64,000 bases of DNA, taken from Chara braunii (taxonomy: Eukaryota > Plantae > Charophyceae). The notes under the pieces are model-generated. The model did no database searches and was not told where the DNA came from. It worked only from the letters and a program-made list of their open reading frames with translations. A program made the translations under genes and the position numbers. Each line of letters begins with the position of its first letter. Positions within the stretch are counted from its first letter, which is position 1. Where the stretch lies: NCBI GenBank assembly GCA_003427395.1, contig BFEA01000021.1, forward strand, positions 4,506,964 through 4,570,963. The letters run 5' to 3'. Shown here piece after piece: positions 24,770-38,996 of this stretch.

Positions 24770-27135
24770 GCGGACAATGTACACCACTGCCTGGATCTTT
24801 TGCTGGACGCTTTCTGTGAATTCAGGTCCTTCTGTCTGGATCTGTTGCTGGACGCTTTCTGTGAATTCAGGTCCTTCCAATCTCGCCCCCTTTATCTCGA
24901 AGGTGCAACGTCGTCTCCAAAGTGCCCAGAGAATCGCTCGTTGTCCCATCCTGAACATATTTTCGGTGAATTCGTCTATCTGGTTTATCTGGTCCCTGGG
25001 CCAGGCTTCACACAACAAGGCTTTCCAGTCCCAGGGCCACGGGGCCTTTGTTCCTAGTTGTTCCCACACCCTGTCCCACCATCTCCATGGTCAGAGTGCA
25101 CCCAGACATTGGAGGAATATATGTTCAATTGTTTCAGGCCGTCTCTGGGAAGGAACACATTCGTGCATAACTTGCAGCATGGGAGAGCTCGCCCTTTTTG
25201 TTCCAGAGACGTTCTATCTATCAACCAATTGTTTGTTGGAAGACAGCGGTGCCCTAGTTGCCATTGAAGTGAGGCCAGTTTGGCTGGTTTTGCCTTGGCC
25301 ATCCTGAACCATCTAATTGGTTTCATCTCCTCTTTGTTGATGTTCAGGTGGTCTCTCCACCGCGCCTCCACCTGGTCCCGCAGAGCAGCTTTTGGTCTTA
25401 GGAGCCTGTAGGCTGATTTGACTGTCAAGGCATAAATGGACTTGGTAAATTTCTTACCCTGCCTTCCTTGGGCCGACCATGACCATTCCAACGGGTCCAG
25501 GGCTAGATGATGAATAGGGGTACCGGGGTAATAAACTATCCATTGCTCATTTTCATGGAGTACTCTGATTCGATATACCTCTTCTATTTGACATGTTAAC
25601 GCTTCATCTGGTGAACTTTCTTGGATGACATTGTCTTGCCTCACTGGAGAGAGTTGCACCACTACCGATCCATTCGGGGAGTAGCGGGCCCACACAGCCT
25701 TGCCGGTTTCTAATGGCAACCCAGTCCGATTCTTGCAAGGTCGGGCCCTTACGAAGTATTCTCCACCATGCGAGTGGGATAATTTCTATCAGCGTTTCCA
25801 GGGCTTCGTATGGTCGGTGGCAGTACTGCAGTCTCTCTCGTAGCTGGTCGGGTCCTATCCATTCCTTTTTATCAGTGTCCCATATATCCTTTATCCTTAT
25901 TATTCCTCTCTTGACCCAACTCTGCCAGGGGGGATCCGTGCAAAGGAGCATCTCGCCCTTCGAGTCCACCACCCATCTGTTTCCAAAAAGGGGTTGGCGT
26001 GCTACCTCCTCCCATCTTTCTGGTGCTGTCTTATCTGGAAGGGGGAGACTTCTCCATGTTTTGAGGAGGGTGGGTCAGAAGGGGTCATTTCGTAGGTCTG
26101 CCCTGACTGCTTGCCTGGGGCAGTCAGGACGGGGGTCCCTTTGTTGCGATCTCGCTCCTGGAATGGGTCATCCCCTGTTTTCCAACCACGTTAGTGAGTC
26201 GGTTTCAGCCGGTGTTTGTGGTGCTAACCTGGAGATTTGTTCAAGGGCTAATCCTCTCCAGGGGACATCAAGATTAAACAGAAGGTTTTTAAGCCATTGT
26301 AGTGTCAGCGCTATGGTTTGTATCAGGGGGTTCATAATGCCCAAACCTCCTTTCGTTTTGGGTTGGATTATGGAGTGTCATGCTACCCGACTGATTACAT
26401 TGTGTTTCTCATGGTCCCCACGCCACAGGAAAGCGACTATCTATCACCGCAGTGGGCGTAAGGCATTCTTATCCAAAGCCCAAATAGCAGATTTGTACCA
26501 CATTGAGACTAGAACCACGTTGTTGATAATCAGCGCACGTCCAAACAGTGAGGTGTGTTTGTCTCTCCAAAGGGCCATTTTGGTCTGGGGCGGCATAAAA
26601 ATCCAATTATTGTTTGTTGGCGGTCTTCCCTCTGCTGTCATGGAGATTCCCAATACTCTGATGGGGGCTTCCTTGGGGAGCCAATTGATTCTGGGTTGTT
26701 CTGGGGGTCTCCCTCCTTGGTGGTGTATCCACCATCCCAGGGTTTTGTTTCCCCAGTTAACTTTCATATCTGATAGTTTGCATAAGAGATCCATCATGTG
26801 TTGTACCTCTTTCATTGACTCTCCTCATGCGTCCACCATCAGTGCCAGGTCATCAGCAAACAAGGAGCACACAGGAATTGCATCCCTGGGTATCGCCGCA
26901 ACTTGAATTCTTTTGATGTCTTTGTGGGCTCTAAGGTTGGCAGCTAGTGTCTCCATGACTATGACGAAGAGGTAAGGTGTTATAGGGTCTCCTTGTCTGA
27001 CTGATCTCTGGAGGCAGATAGGGGGGGCCAGATTGTCGTTTACCATGACTCTGGTTATTGCGTTCGCGTGGAGAGTCTCGATCCAGCGTCTGAAACATAT
27101 CCCAAAATTAAGTTTTTTCAGGCACTTGTCAGGTT
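24770..27135 (-). mobile_element. LINE ORF2 fragment (RT 3' half to zf-RVT), related to the 48-53 kb family
   Basis: SVRQGDP, SLFADDL, LASLQWQLGHRCLPTNNW; 45-bp tandem duplication near 24795-24878. Confidence 0.92.
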
Positions 27136-27833
27136 ATCTTATCAAGGTCGTTGCAATTTAGTATAGGGCGCCGTCCATTGTTTCCCTTTTGAGGGATAGA
27201 GTTATTTCCCGTTGCAAACTGGGGGCGGGCGATATGGGTCTAGGCAGGCGATTTGGGTCTGGGTCGTTTCCGGTTTTGTTTTTTTTCCTCTTCTACTGCA
27301 TCTTCCCAGAAATACAGTATCGAAGCATTCTGTTGTTTACTATGCCCAAGTAAAGAAATCTAGAACGGACTGCCCTGCCTCGTTCGCAGGGCTTACTAAG
27401 GGTAGGACCCCACAGGACGGCGGCAAACGGTTTCGGAAGTCGCAACTTCCAGCCGACTGCCCACCGCCAACGGAAACGATGAAATGTAGGGGACCCCACC
27501 GTTACCACAAAATGTTGCTCTAGAGTCGGCACCGGTTACCTTCCCTAGTATCGGGTTCCAGGCCGTTGGGCCGAACGTTGTGATTCGGGGAGTCGCCCAC
27601 CACTTCACCGTCACAGAGGCGCAGAGCTGCTAATGCCATACCCGTTCCCTTTGAAGCTTTCGAGGGCATCATTGTCGGCACCGCACACGGGGACGCCCTG
27701 CGCGCATTCAGCACACGAAGCACATTAGGTGTTGCGCCATAGTCACCGACGTCGGTGGGGTTGACGTTGGTGTCGGAAGATAACATTTTTCAAAGTTGTT
27801 CCTCCTGTTCTTGCAAGCGGTATCTACGCACAC

Positions 27834-29230
27834 ATGGACAGCGGAGGAGCACATCAACGCCAACGTAATGGAGGAGAGGAAGTCGATGATGACGTGTTGT
27901 TCATGACCATCATGGCGATCATGCATTGGACGAACAGGCGGAATGCAGTAATCATGGCTGTGCTGCAGGCTGCAGCCTCAATGCTTTATTCAACGCCGAC
28001 TTGCAGCAGTGCTTGGTACTTCTTGCAGGCTGTGTTTGCCATAGCATGGTTGTGAACTGGCTGGCGATGAGGAATATGGAGAGGGTGATGGACAACGGAA
28101 GGAGGATTTGGGTGTTGGAGCGGAGCGGGGGGGGTGGGAAGGACCTGCAGCGTGTGGGCCACAGTCATGACAACGTGTTCGTGAGATTTTGCAGGTTGCC
28201 ACGTCCACTCTTCCATGAAGTGCTTCAGCGAATCGGTCCGTTGATACGGCGCCAGACCACCAATTGGAGACAGCCTTTGCCGACATAGCATGTGCCCTCA
28301 TCAGGTGGGCGACTGGCGGTTACTACAGGCAGTCAGGTCACGGACTGGGCATGGGTCTTATGACTGTGCTAGGAAGCAACAAGGACGTGGCCGAAGCTAT
28401 CGTCAAGGAATACCCTCATGTCATCTCCTTTCCACAGGGACGCCGTTTAGAGGGCTGCATGAATCATTTTGAACGCAAAGGCTTCCCTGGGTGTGTGGGT
28501 GCTATTCACTGCACCCATTTGTACATCGAAAAGCCGAGGAATGAACGTCCGGGACGCTACTTCGATCGCACAAGACAATTTTCCATTGTAGCACAAGTCG
28601 TTTCTGACCATAAGTGCCGAATTTCTGACGTTTATGCCGGGAGCCCAAGATCTGTCCACGACTCTCGTGTGCTGCAAATGTCCCGTCTTTGCGTTTAAGG
28701 TGAGAGCGGTGAAGGTGTGTTTTCAGGGGAGCCTATGATGTTGCAGGATGACACATCTATTACACCCTACTTGTTGGGAGATGCGGGTTTTCCCTTGCTC
28801 GACTGGTTGATGACTCCCCATAGCACGCACAGGGATCGTAACCCTGCACAGGTCACATTCGATGATGTCCACCCAATCGCGAGGAATGTTATTGAGCGCA
28901 CCTTCGAGATTTTGAAGGGCATCTAGAGGAATTTTGGACGGCGACAAATCAGGAATTTGAAGACCATTTGTCGGGAGTTCATGGTGGTGTGCATCTTGCA
29001 CAATCTGCTCATCGACTACAAAGTCGATCTGCAGGACATGATGGCATTAGGCGACGACCCTGACGATGACGGCAGCGATGACGACAATCGTCCTCGCAAG
29101 CGACATCTGCAAGTTTCACGCAGTGCAAGGGATGTGGCGGATGATGACGACGTTTGCATCAACTTCGTGGGTCTAACAAAGACGTAGCGGATCAGAGCCA
29201 GATTGGTTGGACACGTCGATATCCAACAAT
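27834..29230 (+). pseudogene. Harbinger DDE transposase (HARBI1/DDE_Tnp_4-like), disrupted
   Basis: GCVGAIHCTH (catalytic D to H), SVHDSRVL, YLLGDAGFPL, IERTFEILKG, CILHN; stops and frameshifts. Confidence 0.92.
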
Positions 29231-29499
29231 GAAGCATTCGAAAAACGGTCACAAGCGGTTAACGGGGACCCCCACTTTTCGGCCCTGAGTAACCATGAAT
29301 GATCGTGAAATTAGGGTTTCAAATTTTGTGTTTTTTTGGAATTTTTTTTTTTGCCTGTTTTTGTTTTTGGACAAGCTTGCTGTGTGTCAAATTTGGTGCC
29401 ATTAGGGTTATTAGAATTTGTGTTGTTGATCATCCTGAAAATCCTGAAATTCCGATGAATTTGTTTTTGGCAAAATTGCCTGAAAATGCACTTTTGAGG

Positions 29500-29575
29500 T
29501 GCACTGCCATGGTCCGCCAAAAGTGCACAGACGCAGTGAACAGACTGTCAGTCTTGTCGTGTGTGTGAGTGTGTG

Positions 29576-29629
<54 letters not shown>

Positions 29630-29736
29630 TGTGTGTGTTGCCATGGTGCGAAAAGCACTGCCACGGTCCCTCAGAAGTGCACAGACGCAGTGAACAGACC
29701 GTCAGTCTTGTCGTGTGTGTGTGTGTGTGCGTGTGT

Positions 29737-29780
<44 letters not shown>

Positions 29781-29865
29781 ACACACACACACATATACAT
29801 ATACATATATATACACGAGACGCACACACACACATACACATACGCACATATATATATAAATATAC
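29500..29865. repeat. Duplicated ~55-bp unit each followed by (TG)n, then (CA)n/(TA)n
   Basis: cactgcca.ggtcc...aagtgcacagacgcagtgaacagac.gtcagtcttgtcg twice. Confidence 0.9.
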
Positions 29866-29879
29866 ATAAGTTAAGTTCT

Positions 29880-32800
29880 TCGGGAATCTGCTACAAAAGA
29901 ATCAACACATACTCTGTCACAGTTCCCTGCATCAACAGAGTCTCCACATACTCTGTCACAGCTCTCTGCACCAGAGGATAAGACGCAAGAGTCTTCACTG
30001 AGTGTTGTTCCTCTGAGGAGTATGCACGCTTCTCAAATGCAGTCTGTCTCAGGCTCAGTGACGATGATTGTTCCCCTACATCAGGGTGATGGGGAAAGTC
30101 TCTCACAGTTTTCCAATCCCTCTCAATCGATGAAGGAACAACAAGAGAGGGACCCTGTAGCAGAGAGCTCTCAAGAACAGTTGCTCAAAGTGGGATCAAG
30201 TTCAGTAACAGGGGAGCTTCTTCATTATAGGGGGGGGGAAGATAAATTGTTACAGTCTTCCAGTGGTCCTTTTTCGATGATGGAAACAAAAAAAATAGTG
30301 GTCCTCCAGGTTGGACGGTGTCCCAGCACCAGGGACAGCAAAACAGTTTGACTGCTAATACTCTAACAGAGAGTGTACAGTCACATATCGAGGAGGTATT
30401 GGTATTGCAAGGAATTCCGATGAACCAGAAACAAAGCATATCTTTATTGTGTGATAAGGCACAGGTAGTACAGTCAGTACAGTTAATCCATGCACAAGAA
30501 AGGACGATGGGAAACGAAATGTTTTTTCTTAGCTCATCGAGGGTAGTCTTGCAATCAGAGGGAAACAACCTGTTTCCAACTGTGTCTGGGACACTACTCT
30601 TCCAACAGTCATCAAAGAGTTTGGTCAAAGAAAAGGAAAAAGTTGGAGGAAGGCATGACAGTTTGATGTCCTCAGCATTAGAGGTCAGGGAGAGTGAGAC
30701 TAAAGAGGAAGAAGACAGTCCTCCCAAGGCAACTGCTCAGAACTGTGTACATATGACCCAGGCGGTTAAAGAGATAGTATCAGAGATTACTAGTGAAAAG
30801 AAATTCCTACTTCTGACAGGGCAGACTGCTACAGTATCATCCCAAAGGGACTTGGAACAATCCAAAAGGGATTTAATTCAGGTTTCTGAAAAGCAAATGA
30901 TCCTTCCTAACGTGTTATTAAAGGGTAACGAAGTCAGTAAAGAATCGAAAGATGGGGGGGAACATGATTTACAGATGATGGAACAGGCTTCCACAAGCAA
31001 AAGACAGAAACTTAGACAGCGGATGATTCAGGGTCAAGGAGACCTCCCGCCATCGAAAGTGAGAGTTATCATCCTGCCAGTCAGATGCAGAGGAGGAAGT
31101 TGGCAAGTTGGGTTGTTAGAACCGCAAGGTGCAGCATATGGTGAAGTAACCGTGCATGGTACTAAACCTCAAATGCTATCCATAGTATCTTTGACAGGTG
31201 GAATGGCGAGAGAATCGTGAATAAAGTTGGAAATACTTAAATTTATTAAGGAAAACCTCCCAGCAGGCGGTGTATCTATTCTTACACTAACATCAGAAGA
31301 ACAACGAGTTGCAGAGAGGGATGTGTATCTAAAATACGAAGGGACAAGACAAGAAGAATTGAAATGGTTTGGTCAGGAAGCACTGAAAGATATTCAAGTG
31401 CTCAAAATCAAGGCATGCTTCTTCTGGTCAGAGGATGATGTAGGGGTCCTTCCAGCTAGATTGTTGAAACATGGCATTTTGGAGAAAGGGGGGATTCTCG
31501 ATTCGGGCCAGTGGAAGAAACTCTAGAAGAGGTCTTCTCATAGTCCATCTCAGGGGATCGTTTGGTACCTAATATAATTACTGAAATGGAAGGAATTAAA
31601 ATTATTGATGTTTTGTATAATAAGAACAAAGAATGGAAGGTACTTAGAAGACAAGCGAACTTAGACCTCAGATCCCTGAATGTGAATGGATTAGCCTCAA
31701 CAAAATTGAACAAGAGACAAGCAATCTATGATCAATTGAAAGGTATTGATGGGAAAGAATGGCCGGATGTGATATGCATTCAGGAAACTCACTTGCTGGA
31801 TTCACAAATGAATAACTACATACACAAACAGATATGGCCTCATCAATCATATAGAGCCCATGCTATCACGCCAGGGAGCTCTGGGGTCGCTATCTGGATT
31901 CCCCCCCAGTCTAGAGCAAAGATTGTCTACTCAGTGGCTGACCAGGAACAAGGACGGTGGGTGTTTGTGCTAGCAATGCTTGAATTAGAGATGGTAGGAA
32001 TATTATGTGTATATGGACCAAACGAGATAAGGGAAAAGCAAGTTTTCTTTGGCAACATTCTTCCACGCCTGCCAGTAGGTATTCCCCTTATTATAGCTGG
32101 GGACTTTAATGCTGCCCCAGATCATTTAATAGATAGGTGGCGTCCTCCTTCCCCTTGTCCATCAAACTTTTTAATGGATGAAAGGGTAATCGCAGATCTA
32201 TGCCAATCAATGAATCTCTTTGATTCCTACAGAAGGTTGAATCCAGTGACCAGAACCTTTACCTGCTTTAGGAAAGGCGCTGCAAATCAAAACTCAAAAT
32301 CTCGTATTGATTTGATTCTGATGGCCGATGAGTTACTAGGTGCGCTTCAATTGGCAGAGATTTTTTCAAAAAGTCCTTTCCCAGGTCTGGATCATTCTAT
32401 GTGTGTGGCAATCTTGCCTTTCAGAAAGAAACCAGATCAAGGGAAAAAATTCTATCATCTCAACACTTCACATCTCAAAAAGGATTGTTTTCTCCAATAC
32501 CTGAGTGACGTTTGGATATATTGGAAAGATCAGAAGGATTGTATTAGGGATGACATTCAATGGTTTAATAACGGCCTAGCTTTTCTAGGTCGTAAATGCA
32601 ATGAATATTCTAAACTTTTGGCAAAACAGAGACATGTTAAAGAAACCAACATCCTCGATAGAATTACTGAGTTGCAAAATCAAGAAACAAAATCAGAGGA
32701 GCAAGGACTTGTGCAGTCGATAGCTGATGAACTCCAAAACATGGAATCTCATATTTTGAATCAAATGGAATACAGGTGGCAGGGATTAAGAATCAGGGGC

Positions 32801-35800
32801 AAAATCAGAGTTCAGAATATGGAAGGGTCAATGGATGCACCTTTCTTTGCGATGGCGAGAGCTAGAATAGGAAGAACTATCATTGAAATTCTAGAGGATC
32901 CGGCGGACCCCAATAAGAATCTGGTCACTTCGACTGCTGCATGCTCTAAAATAGCCAGAGACTTCTTCAAACCACTCTTTACCTCACATAACAGTCATAT
33001 TCCTAAAGAACAGCTTATCAGAGAAATGGACAAATTTCTTCATCCTTTAAGTACAACATTAACAGAGGAGCAGAAGGAGAAAATGGAAAGACCTCTTACA
33101 AAAGACGAAGTATGGAAAACCCTCTTATTAATGGAAGAAGACAAGTCCCCTGGAATTGATGGCCTACCAAAGAAATTTTGGGAAGCATCATGAGACTTTA
33201 TATCAGAGGATCTGATGGACTATTATCATGCAGTTTGGGAATCAGGGGACATGAGCAAATTTGTATGACAGAGAGTTCTTACTCTACTTTACAAGAAAGA
33301 AGACAAGACGAATATAAGAAATTACCGTCCGATAACCCTTCTCATAGTGGTCTATAAGCTTATTACAAAAGCACTAGCAGATCGAATGTCCACAATAATT
33401 TCAGATATTATTCATCCATCTCAAACGGGTTTCATATCTGGTAGGAACATTCAGGCTAATATCCTACTTGTAAATGAACTTCTCAAGTTATCTCGTCAGT
33501 CCAAACATAACGCAGCATTTATCTTTATTGATTTTGAGAAGGCATATGACCATGTGGATTGACTTTTTTTAGATAAATGCTTGGAGAAAATGAATTTTGG
33601 TCCTGATTTTAGACGACGGGTGAGAATATTACATCAAAACGTTACTACTAGGGTTATGGTAAACAACAATGTGAACCCCCCATCTCATTACAAAGATCAG
33701 TAAGACAAGGTGATCCTCTGACACCTTTTCTATTTGTCATAATTATGTTGGCATTAGCGGCAAATTTGAGGCATAACAAAGACATTAGTCGTATACAAGT
33801 CATTTGTATCCTTGAAGAAGCAATACCGGTTTGCTCTCTCTTTGCTGACGATCTTTTCATTATGGTTGATGCAACTCACGAAAATATGGAAGAAATTCAA
33901 ATATTAATGGATAAGTTCTGTCGGCTTTCATATATGAAAGTTAATTGGGGAAGTAAAACAACAGGTTGGTGGATACATCACCAAGGAGGGAGACCACCAG
34001 AGATACCAAGAATCAAGTGGCTATCCCTTGATACTCCCATCAAAGTGTTAGGGATCTCATTATCAACAAAAGGAAAACCATTTCCCATAATGAATGAATC
34101 TCCCAACCTGCTAGGGCTAAGATGAAATTGTGGAAGAATAAACATACCTTTATTTTTGGACGATCAATGATTATTAATAATGTAGTCTTAGCATCTATTT
34201 GGTATAAGTCTGGGATTTGGGTTCTGGATAAGCACTTCCTTAAGCCTCTTCAGCGTCAATTAACTGCTTTTCTATGGAGGGGTAATCATGAGTGTAATAA
34301 TGTTATTAACAGAGTTGCATGGCAGTCCCTTATCCAACCAAAAGTGAAAGGCGGTTTGGGAATTCTGGATCCTCCAACTCAGGTTAAGGCTCTTTCAATC
34401 CAATGGATCCAACGCTTATTATTCAATCCTCAGACTCCATGGGCACCCTTAGCAGTAGAACAAATCAAGCGCCTAGCTCCAGTGACAACTGAGGAAGTTG
34501 ACCCATTGACATGGTTGAAAAACCGATCTTGGACCATCCCAAGGGGGATTTTTAGGGCCGAAGTGACAGTAACGGGTTCAAACAGACAGGAAGTCAGGCA
34601 AGACTTGAAAAATGATTTGTTTGGGGTGACCACGATTAAGACCTGGAGGCAGCTTCCTCTAACAGACAAGCTATCGCCAGAGAGGTGGGAGAAAGTTTGT
34701 CAGCAGCCTCTATTCGATAATAGATGGATTAGAGACTCTCAAGGGTATGTTCTACATTGTATGCATTCACCATGGAAAGGATGGATAAAAAGTGGAATCT
34801 TGAGGATTAACGATATATGGAATATGGACACTAATGACTGGAAAGACATTTCTGGTCTTAAGGAGAGACTACGGTATTGTCATCATTCAATGGACGCTCT
34901 AGAAAAGATAATTGATCTCATCCCCCTTGAATGGATTAAGATACTTAGGGGAGGACCCAAATTAATGTTGAATGATTGGGTAGCAGTCAAATCTCATCCT
35001 CAGTCACTTGGTTTGATTTTGGACAAAGGTCAAAATGAGGACTTCCTCCTACAGATTTTCTCATTGACGTCATCCAATACTATAGTTCCAACGTCTCAAG
35101 GGGAAACTCGTTGGTTTCAAGCTCATCACATTTTCAGGATAAGGGTAATCAGAAGAAATGAATCTTGGCTGGCCTTCAAACCGGACTGTCTTATCTCTAA
35201 ACTTCCACTGGACCCGGCCAATTGGGTATGGAGTTCAGAAACAAAAGCACGTGGGTATAACAGATCATACAAGACAGCTATTTATTCACTTAAAGTCAAA
35301 TCAGCTCATCGTATGCTACGTCCAAAATTTAATCTTAAGGATAGAATTTCCACTAGATGGATGAAGCACCTTAATATAAGTAAAAAGGAGTTAAGGTTTG
35401 TCAAGTGGTTTAAATCAGTCAAAGACAAACCAGCCAAAATTATGTCTCTTCAATGGCAAATTGAACACAGGTGTCTCCCTACCAACGATTGGATTATTGA
35501 CAGATCCTCTCTAGAACAGAAAGGATTAGCAACAAGATGGTGCAAACTCTGCAGATCAGCCTATCCGAGTATAACGACTCTGAGACCATTGAGCATATAT
35601 TTATGCAATGTCCGGTCTCTATTTGGACATGGAGATGGTGGGACCGTATCTGGTCTCAACTGGTCCCAGACATCCCTTGGCCATGGGGATGGAAAGTTAT
35701 TCTCCTTGAAACATGGAACNCTNATCCAAATTTACTGGGAAACAATGAAGAATTTGTGGATAATTTATTTCGGGTAGGGAGAAGAGCGGTAATGTGGGCT

Positions 35801-36499
35801 ATATGGATGAGAAGGTGTACTTATGAATGGGAAGGGGCTAGGTTGGATGGACCTGATTACACAGAGAATATTAAGCAGCNAATTCAAACAGACATCTTAT
35901 CCAAATGGTTTCAAATAAAAGAAAAAGTCCAATTCCTTTCCAGTAAGACAGAAATCCAAGCACATTTTCAAAAATTCAGTCATAATTGGCTGGGCGAAAA
36001 CCAGGGAGGGAGAGCGGGAAAAGTCATATGGAATGGGGCAAGGGATGATGATGATGCTGAGATCATAAGAGACTATAAATTAGTTTTCGAGGACTGGACT
36101 ACTATTGATGCTTCAGTNCCAATGCGNCCTTTATCAGACTTCCCTGATCCGTTTCCCCNTTCAGCATCTGCACTTGTTCCTAGTTCTTGGTATGGAATCT
36201 AAGTGTATTGATCAGATTGAATGTTGTTGTCAGGAAAAGCAAAGCTAGTTGTTAAGGTTGTATATGGCGTCCTGTGAAAAGNATGAAGAGGTTTTGCTTT
36301 TTCCTTGGTTCAGAGGAGAGGAAGAGAGTGATCCCAATAGAGGGATCAATTGGTCAGTTTGAAGGACAATGAGCCTGTTTCTCAGTTTTCTCGTTTCAAT
36401 TACTCCGGGTAGACTGTGAGGAGCCCGGCCTCAATATTCTTATGATTAATATCAGCCTTGGGCACTGGGCCCGTTTTCAAAAAAAAAAAAAAAAAAAAA
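29880..36499 (+). mobile_element. LINE family B: partial ORF1, full-length degenerate ORF2, 3' UTR, poly(A)
   Basis: ORF1 remnant 30022-31526; ORF2 31586-36202; poly(A) 36479-36499. Confidence 0.95.
31586..36202 (+). pseudogene. LINE B ORF2: APE endonuclease, RT, zf-RVT
   Basis: SLNVNGL, IQETH, AGDFN, SRIDLIL, GLDH, KSPGIDG, IDFEKAYDHVD, RQGDP, FADD, ETIEHIFMQC; several stops and frameshifts. Confidence 0.95.
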
Positions 36500-37867
36500 G
36501 GTCCATGTACAGTCAGGGGGTCCAGCGCTTTACAAACGCCGGACCCTCAGGAACAACAAATTTTGACAAGTTTTCGGCCAAAAAACTCGGTTTCAATTTC
36601 GTTCAAAAAATAAAAGATGTCCATTTTGACGAAATCGTAGTCGCATGTGCACCATCGACGCATCAGAAAGTACAAAGTGCCAAGACCTATGAATGTGAAC
36701 ACAACAACGCTTGCAACAAACAACACGAGAACACCCAACACGAGAACGATAACCATAGACATCACTGGCTGAAGTGCACCCGCCTTGCAACCGTCGCAGT
36801 CGGCCGAACTTTCAACGACAATGACTGTAGGACCATGACATCCACAACAACAACACAGGCATGGAGACCCTCGCAGCTGGCGATGTGGCAACGAGTTGCA
36901 CGCCACGCCTTCACGGTTTCTGACGAGAACTGCCGAACCCTCCGTCACACGGGCTGTGCACGTGTCAACACCCGACAACCAGGGGCAACGAACCTACCAC
37001 CCACCACCTCCCCGCCTGCTCAAAACTGCCGAACCGAATCCTTCATTCCACCTTCCGGACTGAGCGTACATCGCCGACTTTCTCCTTAGGCCAGCCCAAA
37101 AAAGATGATGGGATGAAAGCCAGCACCTTCTCGCACAGTCTGCCCTCGCCCCGGCTGTAAACACTTTGTGGCTGTGCCACGAGTGGACGTGTCTGCCACG
37201 ACGTGTTTGTGACACAATGGCTGGTCTGAGGGAGACTGAACGTTGGATTCGGGAGACGAAGCAGCCGACCCCCCCCCCGATGTGCGTGCAGCATTCACAA
37301 AAGACCGTACATGGCTACGGAGGCTGGCATTCGTCGCAGTCTGCATGCGAACAGTGGAAGAAGGATATCGGGTTCTGCATGCAGCCAGCCTACGTGCTTG
37401 TTGTAGCATTACGGAGGCGGGCGACGAAAATTTGAAATCGCAAGGCCATTGGGGCGCGGGAGACATTCAAAACAAAAAATGACGAGGACCTCCCCACCCC
37501 ACACGGTGCCACGGTCCAGGCCCCAACGGTCAACATCCGACAACAACCCTTGTCCGGCCTCAGGCCCGCTGGACTGAACACTGGACCGCTACATGTCTGC
37601 TTTGCAGGCGCCCAACTTCCATCCGAATATGCCAGAGTATGCACCCAAGAGGTAGGTAAATGGGCTGACTTTTGGAAATTGGGAATTTGGGGCCACGTAG
37701 GAATAAGGGGGCCGTGGACCGAGTGGAAACAGTCGGCAGACGACTTCCGCAAAGCCAAAATCCGTCTGTGGGGTCTCGGAAGTTGTGAGGCAACTTCCGA
37801 AACCGTTTGCCGCCGTCCTGTGGGGTCCTACCCTACGAAAAGAAAAGAAAAGAAAAAAAAAACGTAT

Positions 37868-38120
37868 GAAACAGCCCGAGCAGCTGCTAGGGGTGCTGAT
37901 ATGATCAGACACCGCTAGCAGTGTCGGGATGGCTCCATCTATTGGTGGGGAGCAACACATGCTGGAAATCGGGTCCAGCGTCCCTGTAAAGTACATTTAA
38001 AATTCAATTATACAGTTTGATATGAACCATGTCAATAGATGGAGCAGCCCGCCAGGCAATGCCTCAATCCCGGTGGTTATCTTACCACCACCAGGATAGA
38101 GGCCTTGCGCAGGGGCCTTT

Positions 38121-38161
<41 letters not shown>
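37868..38161. mobile_element. Two divergently oriented RNA-module 3' ends: minus copy 37868-37984 (type-1 hairpin), plus partial copy 38034-38121 (type-2 hairpin) with 40-nt poly(A)
   Basis: Motif matches to the other copies. Confidence 0.8.
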
Positions 38162-38163
<2 letters not shown>

Positions 38164-38996
38164 TACGAAAACAATAAGCTCGTGAAAGGTTAGTAAGCCT
38201 GTAATCTGTACTAACTATCGATTGTAATGTAGTTTACAGTGTGAACCCTGTCAGCTATGAAAACAATCAAATTGTGGAAGGTTTAGTATGCATGTAGGGG
38301 AGGAGGGCTGTAATAGGCCCAGCATCCTCATTGTTTCCTGGGGCTGTGGTTATTTCTCTTGCTGGACCGGGACTCAATCGTCCCATGGAGCTGCTTGTAA
38401 CACCCATCCCATTCTTGGAGCGCCCATTATCTGTTAACCCCCTCCCTAAACACAAGGAGCTAACCACTCTCCCCACCGCCAGCTCATCCCATGGATGCTG
38501 TGGAGAATGTGGGCTTCGTTGTCCAATCCTTCTTCCTTTTGTACTCAGACTGTGCCTGTATCTCCTTCCGCCCTGCTTAACTGGCCTACTCTCGGACATC
38601 CCTGGCCGGCAATCGAGATGAAAGGTCAAGATGGCAGAGGCNNNNNNNNNNNNNNNNNNNNNNNNNNNNNNNNNNNNNNNNNNNNNNNNNNNNNNNNNNN
38701 NNNNNNNNNNNNNNNNNNNNNNNNNNNNNNNNNNNNNNNNNNNNNNNNNNNNNNNNNNNNNNNNNNNNNNNNNNNNNNNNNNNNNNNNNNNNNNNNNNNN
38801 NNNNNNNNNNNNNNNNNNNNNNNNNNNNNNNNNNNNNNNNNNNNNNNNNNNNNNNNNNNNNNNNNNNNNNNNNNNNNNNNNNNNNNNNNNNNNNNNNNNN
38901 NNNNNNNNNNNNNNNNNNNNNNNNNNNNNNNNNNNNNNNNNNNNNNNNNNNNNNNNNNNNNNNNNNNNNNNNNNNNNNNNNNNNNNTATGATCCAA

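Larger units (their letters stand above)
27400..37833 (+). mobile_element. PIF/Harbinger DNA transposon containing a nested LINE
   Basis: Perfect 41-bp TIRs GGGTAGGACCCCACAGGACGGCGGCAAACGGTTTCGGAAGT (27400-27440 / 37793-37833); TAA left, TAC right. Confidence 0.9.

Noticed and set aside
25713-26906. 397-aa plus-strand ORF and similar antisense ORFs
   Set aside because: Shadow frames opposite LINE ORF2
29411-29981. HT/CV-repeat ORFs (also 57.9-60.4 kb, and poly-M at 875-1099)
   Set aside because: Microsatellite translations
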